A DNA stretch of 64,000 nucleotides from Penicillus capitatus (Eukaryota; Plantae; Chlorophyta). How positions within the stretch are numbered: position 1 is the stretch's first letter; every line of letters begins with the position of its first letter. Position numbers and translations under genes: made by a program. The notes beneath the pieces were generated by a model. That model was not told the origin of the DNA. It saw only the letters and a list, made by a program, of their open reading frames with translations, and searched no databases. Location: contig OZ287708.1 of the NCBI GenBank assembly GCA_965649825.1, positions 329,411-393,410 of the forward strand, read 5' to 3'. Below, piece by piece: positions 37,601 through 49,140 of the stretch.

Positions 37601-37700
37601 ACTGTCGCCTTACCTGCTGCCATGGAGTTCATTGGTGGCCGCAGACGCAATACCTGCCGCCTCGCCGTGGATGCGAGGCGGCTCTCGTCTTACCTGCCGC
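34650..37700. repeat. Minisatellite family 2: about 35 stem-loops GCCGCCTYG-N9-CRAGGCGGC with reused linkers and higher-order repeats
   Basis: Hairpins spaced about 70-115 bp apart; 959-bp-offset duplication (34626-35202 vs 35585-36161); 167-bp units at 36357, 36524 and 36691. Confidence 0.95.
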
Positions 37701-39796
37701 ATTGACGATCTTTGGAGACCGAAGTCGCCGACTTTAAGTTCTCTTTTCATGAAATTGCACTTTCTTACTCTTTCTCTGCAGACTTTGTTGCGGGGTGTAT
37801 CTTATCCTTCGCGAACCACTGTTTTATCGATTTTGCGCTTGAGATCACACTTTTTAAAAAAGAATGACCTTTTTACAAGCGTTTTGAACAATTGAAATCC
37901 GTTCTTTTAACATTTATCGAGCGCGAGTTACGATTCGACAACGGAACGCTGTATGTCGACGCCTTCCCGTCCATTGCCGAGGGCGTTGTTCAGGCGCGTT
38001 AAATCGTGAAGCTCGTTACCATCTGCTGTGGGAAGACGCATGGCATCCACAGACCTGTTTCCTGCATTCGCTTCCTAGGGACAGGCGAAGATGACGCGAC
38101 GTCTACTTCGTGCATGCACCGTCGACCCAGGTTTCGAAACTCGGCAAGCACGTCGCACTGTGCGACCGCGATGAATTGCCTTACCCTATCGTGTGTTGCG
38201 CTACTGCCTGTCTGCAACATCACGGCTACAAGCTTCCGTCCGATGGGCTTGCACTCGAGTGCCTTGTGTCGGTGTCGTTCAGTGCCCGAAAGCTTGGAAG
38301 CGTGCCTGCGGATGAGAATCGACTTGTGGCGGCTGTGTCGATGAAGTGGCGATAGGAGAGCGAGGGAAGAGAGCCTCGTCGGTATGCATCACTCTAAAGA
38401 AGTGGCGACTCGCCCTTTCTGTTTACGGATCTATTCGAAACGACACGTTTCGGGCGATGTCCGATATGGCGACAGCATTATCGCCAGAAGCAAAAAGGTA
38501 GCTGCACGTTGTCGACTGACGGCGGCGTGCTCCGAAGGGAGGAGCGCCAGACGAACGATTGTCTCTTCGAAGTTGTTTACACGATGTATCGTCTAAGATT
38601 CTGGGCGCACTCCTTCCGTTGTCTGAGGAGCGGAGTGCATTAAATTCCGTGCAGTCGGTTGCCCGGACAGAGAAGACTATGCGCATCGTCACGACGAAGG
38701 CGTCGTTTTCGTTTCATCGCCTTGGCGGCTCCGCAGTTTAAGCGAAGAACGACAGAGGAGGAACACGGAAGGCTTCGACGAAAGCCGAACAGATACAAGA
38801 ACAGCGTGAACTCTGGAGAGGCTAGAGTCGCGAAGCCGTCGACGCAACGCTCACAGGAACGCGTGTTCGACAGTTCAGATGGCGTCAACTGACTGGAGCT
38901 GTACCATTCGACGCGACCAGCGACAGCTCCAATGCTCCATATTCAAGGCGCGTCTTGCCGATTTGGACGACTCGCCCTTTCGCTGGTCCGCGTTGCTCGT
39001 GTTCGGTGGACCCTTTAACGAGGCCTCGCCTTTCAAGTTCTCGGACAACGACATCAAGATCTACGCGTCTCCGCGTGTCGCTCGTTCGATTTCGAGTAGA
39101 TCGTCGGAATGGCATCCGACCGCTCGTCAAGTGGAGACGCCTGTCCGAACGCCGATGTCGCCGCCGCGGGAAAAAGATCTCGGCATTGCGCGCGTGTACA
39201 AAGCGACCTTCGCCCTTTGTCGGAAAGTCAGAGACCAGAAATGAGAATCAAACAACATCCCCCAAGACGATGCAGAGTGGATCATCCTCGTAAGCCTGGG
39301 TGAATCTCGCCTCCTGAGCTGAATGTGTTTGCATCATCATCCTCGGGAACTGTTAAAGTCCCTTTGGAACACGGACGTTTCCGAATCCGCCTCATCGTGC
39401 GCGACAGGAATGCCGGCCACTTCAGCGCAGTACAGGGAAATGATTGCGGTGTGAGCGGTGAATGAAAGGAAAGAGCGTCAAGACGGCGCGCGAGCTTGCG
39501 GCGACGGAAGTGCTGAGCGTTCAGGACGTCTGAAGGCAATAGGACCGCGATGACTCCTCGAAGAGAGACCTCTGCAAATCGTGTGGTCTGTTTCTGCTCG
39601 GAAGTTCTGTCGAGACGCCTCTAACGAGCTCCTCGGTGCGAATCTCCAAGCGAATCGACGTCCACTTATGAGGAGCTCCAGGTAGGTGTATAGGCATCGT
39701 TGCCCGACGACAACATAGACGGTCGGTTCACGGCATCTTGTGACGCGCGTCCCTAGACGGAGGCAGTGTTCATTCGGTGTCCAAGTGGAGCAAAGG

Positions 39797-39960
39797 ATGC
39801 ATGCGTTTTGTTTTACGTATCTCTATGCGGTGCTGCTAGCGTTGGGCGGATTCATCGGTTTAGCTACCGAAGGCAGGAATGGCTCGCTCGGAGGCGGTGT
39901 GGGTTCTGGCGCCGTGCACAATCTTCCTGCGCACACCAGTCTGCTCTGCTACGTGCCGGG
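39797..39960 (+). pseudogene. TMEM14/FAX (fatty-acid export)-like N-terminal fragment
   Basis: MHAFCFTYLYAVLLALGGFIGLATEGRNGSLGGGVGSG resembles plant TMEM14 MHDFCFTIPYG..GG.IG...GS..SL.GG; the homology is lost afterwards. Confidence 0.6.
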
Positions 39961-42900
39961 AGGCAGTGGAAGACAGGAACAGTCGGCAGAGAAATCGACA
40001 CCAGCCACGCCATCGGCAAGTCTTGCACGACACGCTCACCGCGATCGATCTATCCAAGCTGCCGTCGACGAGCGAGACGAACGCTCCCGCACCGAGTGCG
40101 CCTGAGCCGACAGGTAAAGTATGGTACAAGGAGATCGCTCGTGTACCATCTGGACACACTATGCAGAACTGAGCCGCAATGGAAGAGAACGGGCTGGAAG
40201 TTCTAATGGCGCCGTCGTTTGCACAAGGCGTGTACGCGTCGACACGCCACCGGCTATAGAGTAGATGAATGATCGGTCTCGGCGTTCCACGCACTGGGGC
40301 AAACGGAATGCGCAACAGCTCCCCTTTCTTGCATCTCTTTCGTCGCGACATTACGCATATGGTCTTCCATCGAGATGCGCAACGTTAGAGGCAGCAAACG
40401 CTTTCGGCGACCGATCACAGATCCGCCTGACTGTAGCAGACGTTTCCACTCGAGTAAGGGCAATTCGCACGCTGGCTTCGCATCGAACAAATCTGTGTCT
40501 GTATCAGCATGACAAAGACCAAAGAAAAAGGTAACAAAACAGGCTGGCGACTGAAGAAATGTTGATCACGAGGTCGAATGGGATGCCACACACATTTCGC
40601 ACTCTTCCCGCGCACAAGCGACTGTCCGACACATCTCGACTTCTAACACAGTGTTCGATGAAATCCTGCTGCCAGTCGTGTTAGTCGGTCCGCGACCAAG
40701 CACGCCGCCAACCAGAACCTCAGAACCGCTAGGGCACTGCACAGGTAAACGAATACGGCGACTCCACCTTGCGTCTCTGGCAGATCTCTCACCAGTTTGG
40801 CGGCACTTCTTCCCCGTGTCTTCGTTCGCCGCTGAAGCGCGACGAGCTCGAGTTTAACGAAGCGCTGCGGCAATATGGACTAAGTGGGATGTGGTTCCTT
40901 TGCCATCACCACCTCTAGGCCTTTCGCTGCGTTTCTGTCCTGTCGCCTTCCCCGCAGCACGATCTCTAAACGCTCGGGATATCTGTCCGTCTTTCCTCTG
41001 TCGTTTGGATGGCGGCTTGGAAGTCATCGTCTACATTTCATGCGACTGAGCGGCACCGAGACAGAAAACGAGACCGTTGCGCAGCGACCCTATAAGGCAA
41101 CCATCGGCACGCCGCCGCAGACCGATCCGTTGCTTCCCTACGGTCCGCTCTCCGAACCGAACTACTGCTAAGGTCGTCTGTGGTGCTGCAGATGGCGTCT
41201 CTACGCGATGCAGGAGGTTCCAGACGGACTGCCATCCGCTCGAGGAAGCCGAAATGAGAACACCGCTGGATGCAGGCGAGGTCGGACGAGTCTACGTCGC
41301 CCAGGAACGCAAACCCAGATCCGTCCGTCTTCACCTCAAGGCGGTCCATAGAAGAGATCTCCGTCTTCTTAGTGTGTCTGTGCCACTTTCAGCGAACAAA
41401 CAAACATCACATGGCGGCGGCAATATACAGGGCCGAGTGACAGACGCGACGTGCGGCGGAGATCAAGTCGAGATTGAAGCTCTTACACATATCGCCCAGC
41501 TCTACACGCAGATCACACTCCCCAGTAGACCTACCGCAGGATCTGCAATGTCGACAATTGCTTCCAGCAGGAGCCCAAAGTCAATGTGGACGCCACGATC
41601 CGAGATCGAAAGTGCGTTCCTCCCGCGAGATGTGCGGATATCGATCAATACCTGTCCAGCTTCTACGCAGGAACGGCGAAGAGAGAATCCAGCTCGAACG
41701 GGTCTTCGACCACCCGCGGGTCGAGAGACATGCGGATCCCTCGCGGCGGCTGCGACTCAAGGGTATCTCTAGGGCTGAGAGAGCATCGACCGGCTTGAAT
41801 TCATCGAAGACACGTGGATGCAGTCCCGACGTCGGTGGTCCGTTGCACCGAGACAAGAACGAAACGTTTTTTGTCTTGTAACAAGTTTTGTTAAGGGTAC
41901 TAGTGTCCGTCAGCAGACAGCGCCTTCGGTCGTTGCTCAATCGGCCTCGTCGGTTGGCGGGGTTCCTGACGTCAGAGACGTCCACCATCCAGGAGGCCTC
42001 TCGGCGTTGTACCTCTGCAACAGCTCGTCGATGTCTACGGAGTCTTGTCGAGTGACCCCCATCGCTCGCGGCAGCTTCGTCGTCCCTTGCTGTCTCTGAC
42101 GAACGACGCATCGGTTCCACCGAAGAATGGGCTGCGTACGAAGGATGCTGTGGAGCAGACGCATCCACCAGGTGAGTCGAGTGACCGGCAGGGACGTCAG
42201 AGCAGAGCACAGGGGAAACGCCTGACTGGTGAGCAGCGCCGTCGTGAAACGCCACCTTTCTTCGCCGTCCTTGCTTCCGAGGCTATCTGAGGATACCTGC
42301 TGGACTGAGATGCCCCTCGCTGTCGGAGACCGAATCGTCTGATGCTTCACCGTCCGCGTTTCTTGCCAGACGATCTGTGGCTCTGTCCTCCGTCGAGGCA
42401 TCTCTTGCATCACGTCTTCGGTCTCTGCAATCAGGTCAGCGGCCTTTGCGAATTCAAACACTAGATCTTCGTCCGCGCCGTCGTTGTCTGTCTTCTAAAA
42501 CACGTATTCAACGATACCGCAGTCGGGACCGACAGTCGACGAATCTTCCATAAGTGCCATAACTATCTCGTCGTGCTGTGCGATTGCGACGGTGAATGCA
42601 TGTGCCTTTCGACACGAGTCGTCGTTCCGTGTGAGCAAACACTATTACAAGGCGTTCGATCTCAATAGAAGTGCGACGAGGCCAAATCTCTCTCCGCCAA
42701 AAGCGTCGAATCCAGCATACAGCCGCAGGGCTCCCTGAGAAACACACCTCTAGTAACTCTGTCGACAGCGTCTTTCGCCACCTGACAACGCATCGTCGCT
42801 TGAGGCCATCGCTCCCGGAAGACGACAGCACATGCAAGATGCCAGAGAATCTTCCTCCGAAGACGGCTGCCGGTCCGAGCACTGCGACACCGACTGCGGT

Positions 42901-43889
42901 CGAGAACAGACTCCGTCTGTCCTACTTTACCGTCGCCACACGCGTCCTTCGGCCAGAGAGAGAGACATCTGACAGCTTCACCTGCATACAGTCGTCAGTC
43001 GATCGTGATCGTCCAAACTGTCTGCCATCCGGCTTGCGTTCGGTGCAATTCGCTGGCGGCAGCACCACAGCTAGATCCAGATCTCTAGGAGCGCTCTCTT
43101 CGAGGCTCTGCCGGTTTCTCGTACTCTTTGGCCAGAAGAAGTCGTCGATGGCTGCACAGACAGACGAGTGAGTCCGCGAGGCCGATGTAAGACGCGATAG
43201 AACTTCGCTAGTTGGAGCGAACGGCGTCTTCCAAAGCGCTCCCTCGACGCTGTGCGCGAGCGCGAACCGAAACGACGACTCCGCGGCCGTCTGGTTCTCG
43301 CAGGGCGTCGTTCGGTTCCGCCTTCCATGTTCGAGGGAGTTAGGGCCAACGGCAACTCCTCAAACCGATGCGCGTTACACCGCGCAGAACGCTCTCTCGA
43401 TGGCGTCTGCGACGGAGACGCGTGCAAGAGACAGCCGCCTTGACATAGAGTGTGTGCTGCTTTCGCGAAAAAGAATGCCCGCCTCGTTCCTCTGCTCAGG
43501 CAACGCGGAGCTGACTTCTGACGGTTCGCCGTTCGGAGATCCACGTCTGAACAGCCGAGGAGAACGCATGCGCGTTACACTCAGAGAGCAGAACGCCGAC
43601 AAACTGTAGAGAACTTCCTCTGTAAAACTCCTTGCAAGGCATCCAGAAGCGCTCTCCCGTTCGCGTCGCGCACACCGGTCACAGAATCCTGCTTTTCTGA
43701 ACGTCTGGCGGCCGATCGCTTGTCCGGCGGCGCATGCAGCGCCGCCGAACGGCCACGGTTCCCAGCCGCCACCCGCAGGTCGCGCTCGGCAACCGAGGCG
43801 GCCTATAAAGGTCCTGTCACAGACCCTTCCGCACTGTCGACTTTCCTTGGCGCCTTCCTGTTTTCCGGAGCTCAAGCGAAGACGAAGAC

Positions 43890-45182
43890 ATGGCCGAAGC
43901 ACACATGTACACAGAGGACGACTACGGATATCCTGGCAAACCGTGAGTCCTGTGGCCATTTGTCGACGCGTCGCGCGCTGCAGAGCCTTTCGACTGCAGC
44001 TGGACACTCTCCATGAACACAACACGCATGCGTCCGGCTGCAGTCGAGAAGCTCTGCAGCGCGCGACGCGTCGACGAACTCTTCCTCGACTGATCTCTAA
44101 CTCTTCTGTGTGTTCCTAGATTTGACCAGGTGACGTTGACGGAGGTCCTGGGCAGTCACCCGCCCAGGGCCTTCGAAGGCTTGGACGAGGCCGCGCGTGT
44201 GCAGTTGTATTGGGACCTAAAATCCCGAACAACTGCACAGAGGGGTCAAGCGCACATCGATGCGCAGACCCCTCCTGTGCGGTTTGGACCCAATAGGGTC
44301 CAAACCCCACAGCCGCGGCCTGTGCGGCGGGCAAGGGTCCTCTCCAGCGAGGAGAGGAGAGCGCGGCTGGCCCAAGAGGGCCAGCCTGCTGCACCTCCGC
44401 CGCCCCAGCGTGTCCCGCCCTATGCGCCGCCTCCGCCGACCTCCGAGCCTGCCGCACCGCCTCCGTGCAGCCAGCCGCCAGCCCAGCCACCCGTCTCCCA
44501 GGTTGGCGCACCACCGGCAGCCTCTCAGCCTGCTGCTCCTCCACCCGTCTCGGAGCCAGCCCAGGGGCCTGTCGATCCTCAGGCCCAGCCTGCCGCACCG
44601 CCTCCAGTCTGTCAAGCGGCCCAGTCTCCCCAGATGGAGTGGTCTTCTGCGCCGCCAGCTGCGCCGTTTACCCAGCCGCCTGCCAGCTATACTGCCCAGT
44701 CGTCAGCCGCCATTCCCGTCGAGTCTCCCCAGATGGAGTGGTCCCCTGTTCCATTCCCGCAGCCGACCCTCTCTCCGCCTTCTCTGCAGCACAGCCAGAC
44801 CCCCTTGTTCCCTCCCCGACCGCAGGTTTTCTGCATTCCTGCCTCCCCTCCCCCCGTAATTCCGTCTCGTCCCTTACTTTTTTCCCTACCTGCTCTTCCA
44901 TCCCCCTTTCCTAAACGGACATCGCTCTTTTCCCTCCGTCAGCCACCCCCCATCCCTCCCCGTAACTCTATTTTTCCGGTCAGACGACCTGGATTCCCTC
45001 CCCGACCTTTTTTTATGTCTGGCGAGTGCTTACAGATCTGCCCTCCAGCCATCCCGCAGCGACTGTTTTTCATGTCGGGAGAATGTGTAAGTGAATCATT
45101 CTTTTTAAGTCTCTCTAATGCTATGTTTGCTGTGTAGGTTTCAATCCAGAACTGGCCTGTATGGGGGGCCAGACCCTTTTGA
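43890..45182 (+). CDS. Orphan proline-rich protein P2 (354 aa); exons 43890-43942, 44120-45086, 45138-45182
   Basis: Same exon phases as P1 and P3; MAEAHMYTEDDYGYPGKP|FDQVTL...MSGEC|VSIQNWPVWGARPF*. Confidence 0.85.
43962..44075 (+). ncRNA. Intronic 44-bp inverted repeat (pre-miRNA-like hairpin) in P2 intron 1
   Basis: Arms 43962-44005 and 44032-44075 are reverse complements with two G-U pairs and one C-A mismatch; 26-nt loop. The structure is seen directly; an RNA function is inferred. Confidence 0.45.
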
Positions 45183-45569
45183 GTTTTTCTAGCTGTCATC
45201 TTGGGGGTAAAAATTTAAAAAAAAACAAAAGTTTTTATTTTCTTCTGTCACATCTCACATTTTTTATGTGAGATGTCTGAAAAACTTAAAGAACAAAAAA
45301 AAAACAAAAGGGGCTGTTTTCGTTGTTTTGATGTCTCTGCCATTCCACCTTCGCTCTGTTGTGGTTGGCTGTGTGTTACATATATTTGCCTGGAGGCTGG
45401 TGTGTCCTGCGTGCTGTTTTGATGTCATCGGAGGCTGGAGGCTGGGTTATTTACCTGATGTCATTGGAGGCTGTAGGCTGGTGTATACTGTCTCATGTCA
45501 TCGGAGGCTGAATAGCTGGATATTTTACCTGATGTCATTGGAGGCTGTAGGCTGGATATTTTACCTGAT

Positions 45570-45880
45570 GTCATTGGAGGCCCGGAGGCCCTCGTCGATG
45601 TTCTGCTGCTGCCCTGCTGTCGCTGGAGGCCGGAGGCCCGAGGCCCTCGTTCTGCTGCTGCCCTGCTGTCGCTGGAGGCCCGAGGCCCTCGTCGATGTTC
45701 TGCTGCTGTCCTGCTGTTGCTGGAGGCCCGGAGGCCCTCGTCGATGTTCTGCTGCTGCCCTGCTGTCGCTGGAGGCCCGAGGCCCTCGTCGATGTTCTGC
45801 TGCTGCCCTGCTGTCGCTGGAGGCCCGAGGCCCTCGTCGATGTTCTGCTGCTGTCCTGCTGTTGCTGGAGGCCCGGAGGA
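45570..45880. repeat. 48-bp minisatellite (GGAGGCCCGAGGCCCTCGTCGATGTTCTGCTGCTGCCCTGCTGTCGCT), about 6 units
   Basis: Units at 45771 and 45819, for example, are 48 bp apart. Confidence 0.9.
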
Positions 45881-46029
45881 TGATACCTCCGTGACTGTCT
45901 AGCTGCTGATGTTTGCTACTGGAGGACGCCGTGACTATGTACCTGCTGCCTGCTGCCGACCGGAGGATGCCTTGACTGCCTACCTGCTGCCGTCGGCCGC
46001 CCGGAGGATGCCTTGACTGCCTACCTGCT

Positions 46030-46782
46030 GCTTGGTGTGGATGGAGGCCGCCGCCGTTCAATTTCCTTCCTCGCTGGCCGAACAATCACACGTGTGGCAT
46101 CGCTACCTGGAGGCCACAGTCGTTCGATCCGCTGCCTTTGTGTGGATGGAGGCCGCAGTCGATCTACATGCTGCCTTGCAGATCATTGAAGGCGACCGCC
46201 ACACTACTTGCCGCCTTGCCGTGATTGCGAGGCGGCGGTCGTAAAACCTGCGGCCTCGCTGACTGGGGTCGCAATCGTCCACTTGCCACCTTGCCCTGGA
46301 TGCAAGGCGGCTGGCTACCTACCTGCCGCCTGCCGCCTGGAGAACGAAGTCGCTCTAGCTGCCGCCTTGTCGTGGATGCAAGGCGGCATTCATCCTACCT
46401 GCCGCTTGCCGGATGGAGGACGGTGTCGCTTTAGCCGCCTTGCATTGGATGCGAGGCGGCAGTCGCCATATCTGTCGATTGCCGCCTGGAGGAAGAGGTC
46501 GTCCTACTTGCCGCCTCGTTGTAAATGCGAGGCGGCTGTCGCACAAGCAGCGACCTGGATTCCCAGATGCCGCAGTCGTCCTACTCGCCGCCTTGCCGTG
46601 GATGCGAGGCGGCTGTCGCCAAACCTGCGACCTGGATGCCCGAAGGCCGCAGACACAATACCTGCCGCTGCCGCCCAGAGAACGAAGTCGCCCTACTTGC
46701 CGCCTCGTCGTGGATGCGAGGCGGCTGTCGACTTAATTGCCGCTGCCGACCAGAGACGAAGTCGCACTACCTGCCGCCTTGC
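46030..46782. repeat. Diverged copy of the 34470-35200 segment, including about 8 family-2 hairpins
   Basis: Collinear match beginning CTTGGTGT.GATGGAGGCCGCCGCCGTTCAATTTCC. Confidence 0.9.
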
Positions 46783-46949
46783 TGCTGATGATGGCTTTCT
46801 CTGCGTTTGGATGCCTGCGTAGGCGTCCCTACCTGATCATTCGCTGCTAATGGAGGCAGCCATAGGCTACCAGCCCGACCGCTCTGGCTGCCAGTGGAGG
46901 CAGTAATCAGCGGTTTACCTTTTGCTCTGGCCGTCACTAGAAGCAGTCT

Positions 46950-49140
46950 CAGGCGTCCACCCGACGTCTGGCCGCCGCTGGAGACAGTCTCAGGCGTCTG
47001 CCCCGACTGCTGGCCGCCGCTGGAGACAGTTTCAGGCGTCTGCCCCGACGTCTGGCCGCCAATGGAGGCGGTCTCAGGCGTCCACCCGACGTCTGGCCGC
47101 CAATGAAGCCACACAGGCACCCTTCCTACCCTATCGCCGCCGCCGGAAACAGTCGCAGGCGTCCTACCTGACGTCTGGCCGCCGCTGGAGACAGTTTCAG
47201 GCGTCTGCCCCGACATCTGGCCGCCACTGGAGACAGTCTCAGGCGTCCTACCTGACGTCTGGCCGCCAATGAAGCCACACAGGCGACCTTCTCACTGTCT
47301 CGCCGCCACTGGAGACAGTCTCAGGCGTCTGCCCCGACATCTGGCCGCCACTGGAGGCGGTCGCAGGCGTCCTACCTGGCGTCTGGCCGTCAATGGAGGC
47401 CTTTCGACCGCTCTGACTGCCAGTGGAGGCAGTCATGGGCGGCTTACCGACCGCTTTAGCTGCACTGGGGACAGTCTCAGGCGTCCACCCGACGTCTGGC
47501 CGCCAGTGAATGCGGTCACAGGCGTCACCTACCTACTGTCTCGCCGCCACCGGAGACAGTCGAAGACGCCACTGGAGACAGTCTCAGGCGTCCTACCTGG
47601 CGTCTGGCCGCCAGGGGAGACAGTCTCAGGCGTCTGCCCCGACATCTGGCCGCCATTGGAGGCGGTCTCAGGCGTCCGCCCCGACGTCTGGCCGCTAATG
47701 AAGCCACTCAGGCACCCTTCCTACTGTCTCGCCGCCACCGGAGACAGTTCTAGGCGTCCACCCGACGTCTGGCCGTCCGTGGAGACACTATCAGGCGTCC
47801 ACCCGACGTCTGGCCGCCAATGGAGGCGGTCACAGGCGTCACTTACCTACTGTCTCGCCGCCACTGGAGACAGTATCAGCCGTCCACCCGACATCTGGCC
47901 GCCACTGGAGACAGTCTCAGGCGTCCGCCCCGACTTCTGGCCGCCAATAAAGCCACACAGGCGTTACTTACCTACTGTCTCGCCGCCACCGGAGACAGTA
48001 TCAGCCGTCCACCCGACATCTGGCCGCCACTGGAGACAGTCTCAGGCGTCCGCCCCGACATCTGGCCGCCAATGGAGGCGGTCTCAGGCGTCACTTACTT
48101 ACTGTCTCGCCGCCACCGGAGACAGTTCTAGGCGTCCACCCGACTTCTGGCCGGCAATGGAGGCGGTCTCTGGCGTCCGCTCCGACTTCTGGCCGCCAAT
48201 AAAGCCACACAGGCGTTACTTACCTACTGTCTCGCCGCCACCGGAGACAGTTCTAGGCGTCCACCCGACTTCTGGCCGCCAATGGAGGCGGTCTCTGGCG
48301 TCCGCTCCGACTTCTGGCCGCCAATGGAGGCGGTCTCTGGCGTCTGCCCCGACATCTGGCCGCCAATGGAGGCGGTCTCAGGCGTCTGCCCCGACATCTG
48401 GCCGCCAATAAAGCCACACAGGCGTTACTTACCTACTGTCTCGCCGCCACCGGAGACAGTTCTAGGCGTCCACCCGACATCTGGCCGACAATGAAGGCGG
48501 TCTGAGGCGTCCTACCTGACGTCTGGCCGCCAATGGAGGCGGTCTCTGGCGTCCGCTCCGACATCTGGCCGCCAATGGAGGCGGTCTCAGGCGTCCGCCC
48601 CGACATCTGGCCGCCAATAAAGCCACACAGGCGTTACTTACCTACTGTCTCGCCGCCACTGGAGACAGTCTCAGGCGTCCGCCCCGACATCTGGCCGACA
48701 ATGGAGGCGGTCTGAGGCGTCCTACCTGACGTCTGGCCGCCAATGGAGGCGGTCACAGGCGCCCTTCCTACTGTCTCGCCGCCACTGGAGACAGTCTCAG
48801 GCGTCCGCCCCGACATCTGGCCGCCAATAAAGCCACACAGGCGTTACTTACCTACTGTCTCGCCGCCACTGGAGACAGTCTCAGGCGTCCGCCCCGACAT
48901 CTGGCCGCCAATGGAGGCGGTCTCAGGCGTCCGCCCCGACATCTGGCCGCCAATGGAGGCGGTCTCAGGCGTCCGCCCCGACATCTGGCCGCCAATGGAG
49001 GCGGTCTCGGGCGTTCTGCCTACTATCTGGCAACCAATGGAGGCCGTCAGGAATCACTTTTCTGACATCCGGCGGCCGAGAGAAGCCATCAGCGAAGATC
49101 TCTTTCCGACGTCTGGCGGCCAAGAGAGGCCGTCAGGGAT
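46950..49140. repeat. Minisatellite family 3, 42-bp monomer (CCGCCAATGGAGGCGGTCTCAGGCGTCCGCCCCGACATCTGG) with variants; flanked by ~69-bp related repeats at 46850-46940 and 49260-49500
   Basis: Exact 42-bp period at 48905 and 48947; about 50 variant monomers. Confidence 0.95.

Larger units (their letters stand above)
25882..40098. repeat. Segmental duplication, copy A (partner 52326-64000+)
   Basis: Near-identity begins at GATTTTGCATCGTGATAGG (25882 vs 52326, offset 26444) and continues collinearly except across the satellite; the offset is about 23900 after the array. Confidence 0.95.

Noticed and set aside
33626-37700. CRISPR-like array (palindromic repeats with spacers)
   Set aside because: The spacers are themselves reused and repeated, the repeats are degenerate, there are no cas genes, and the context is eukaryotic with introns.
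38879-39244. 121-aa ORF open in both duplicates (also 62795-63160)
   Set aside because: About seven amino-acid changes, including W to R and W to L, from a similar number of base changes looks neutral; no recognisable domain.
40200-43100. ORFs 41077-41772, 41937-42461 and 42671-43171
   Set aside because: No family recognised and no coherent exon chain; probably decayed captured sequence, and 42.6-43.1 kb is weakly similar to 30.5-31.1 kb.
45570-45880. Chi-like octamer GCTGGAGG (one mismatch from GCTGGTGG) as a recombination signal
   Set aside because: Chi is a RecBCD signal with no established nuclear role; near-matches are expected in GC-rich repeats.
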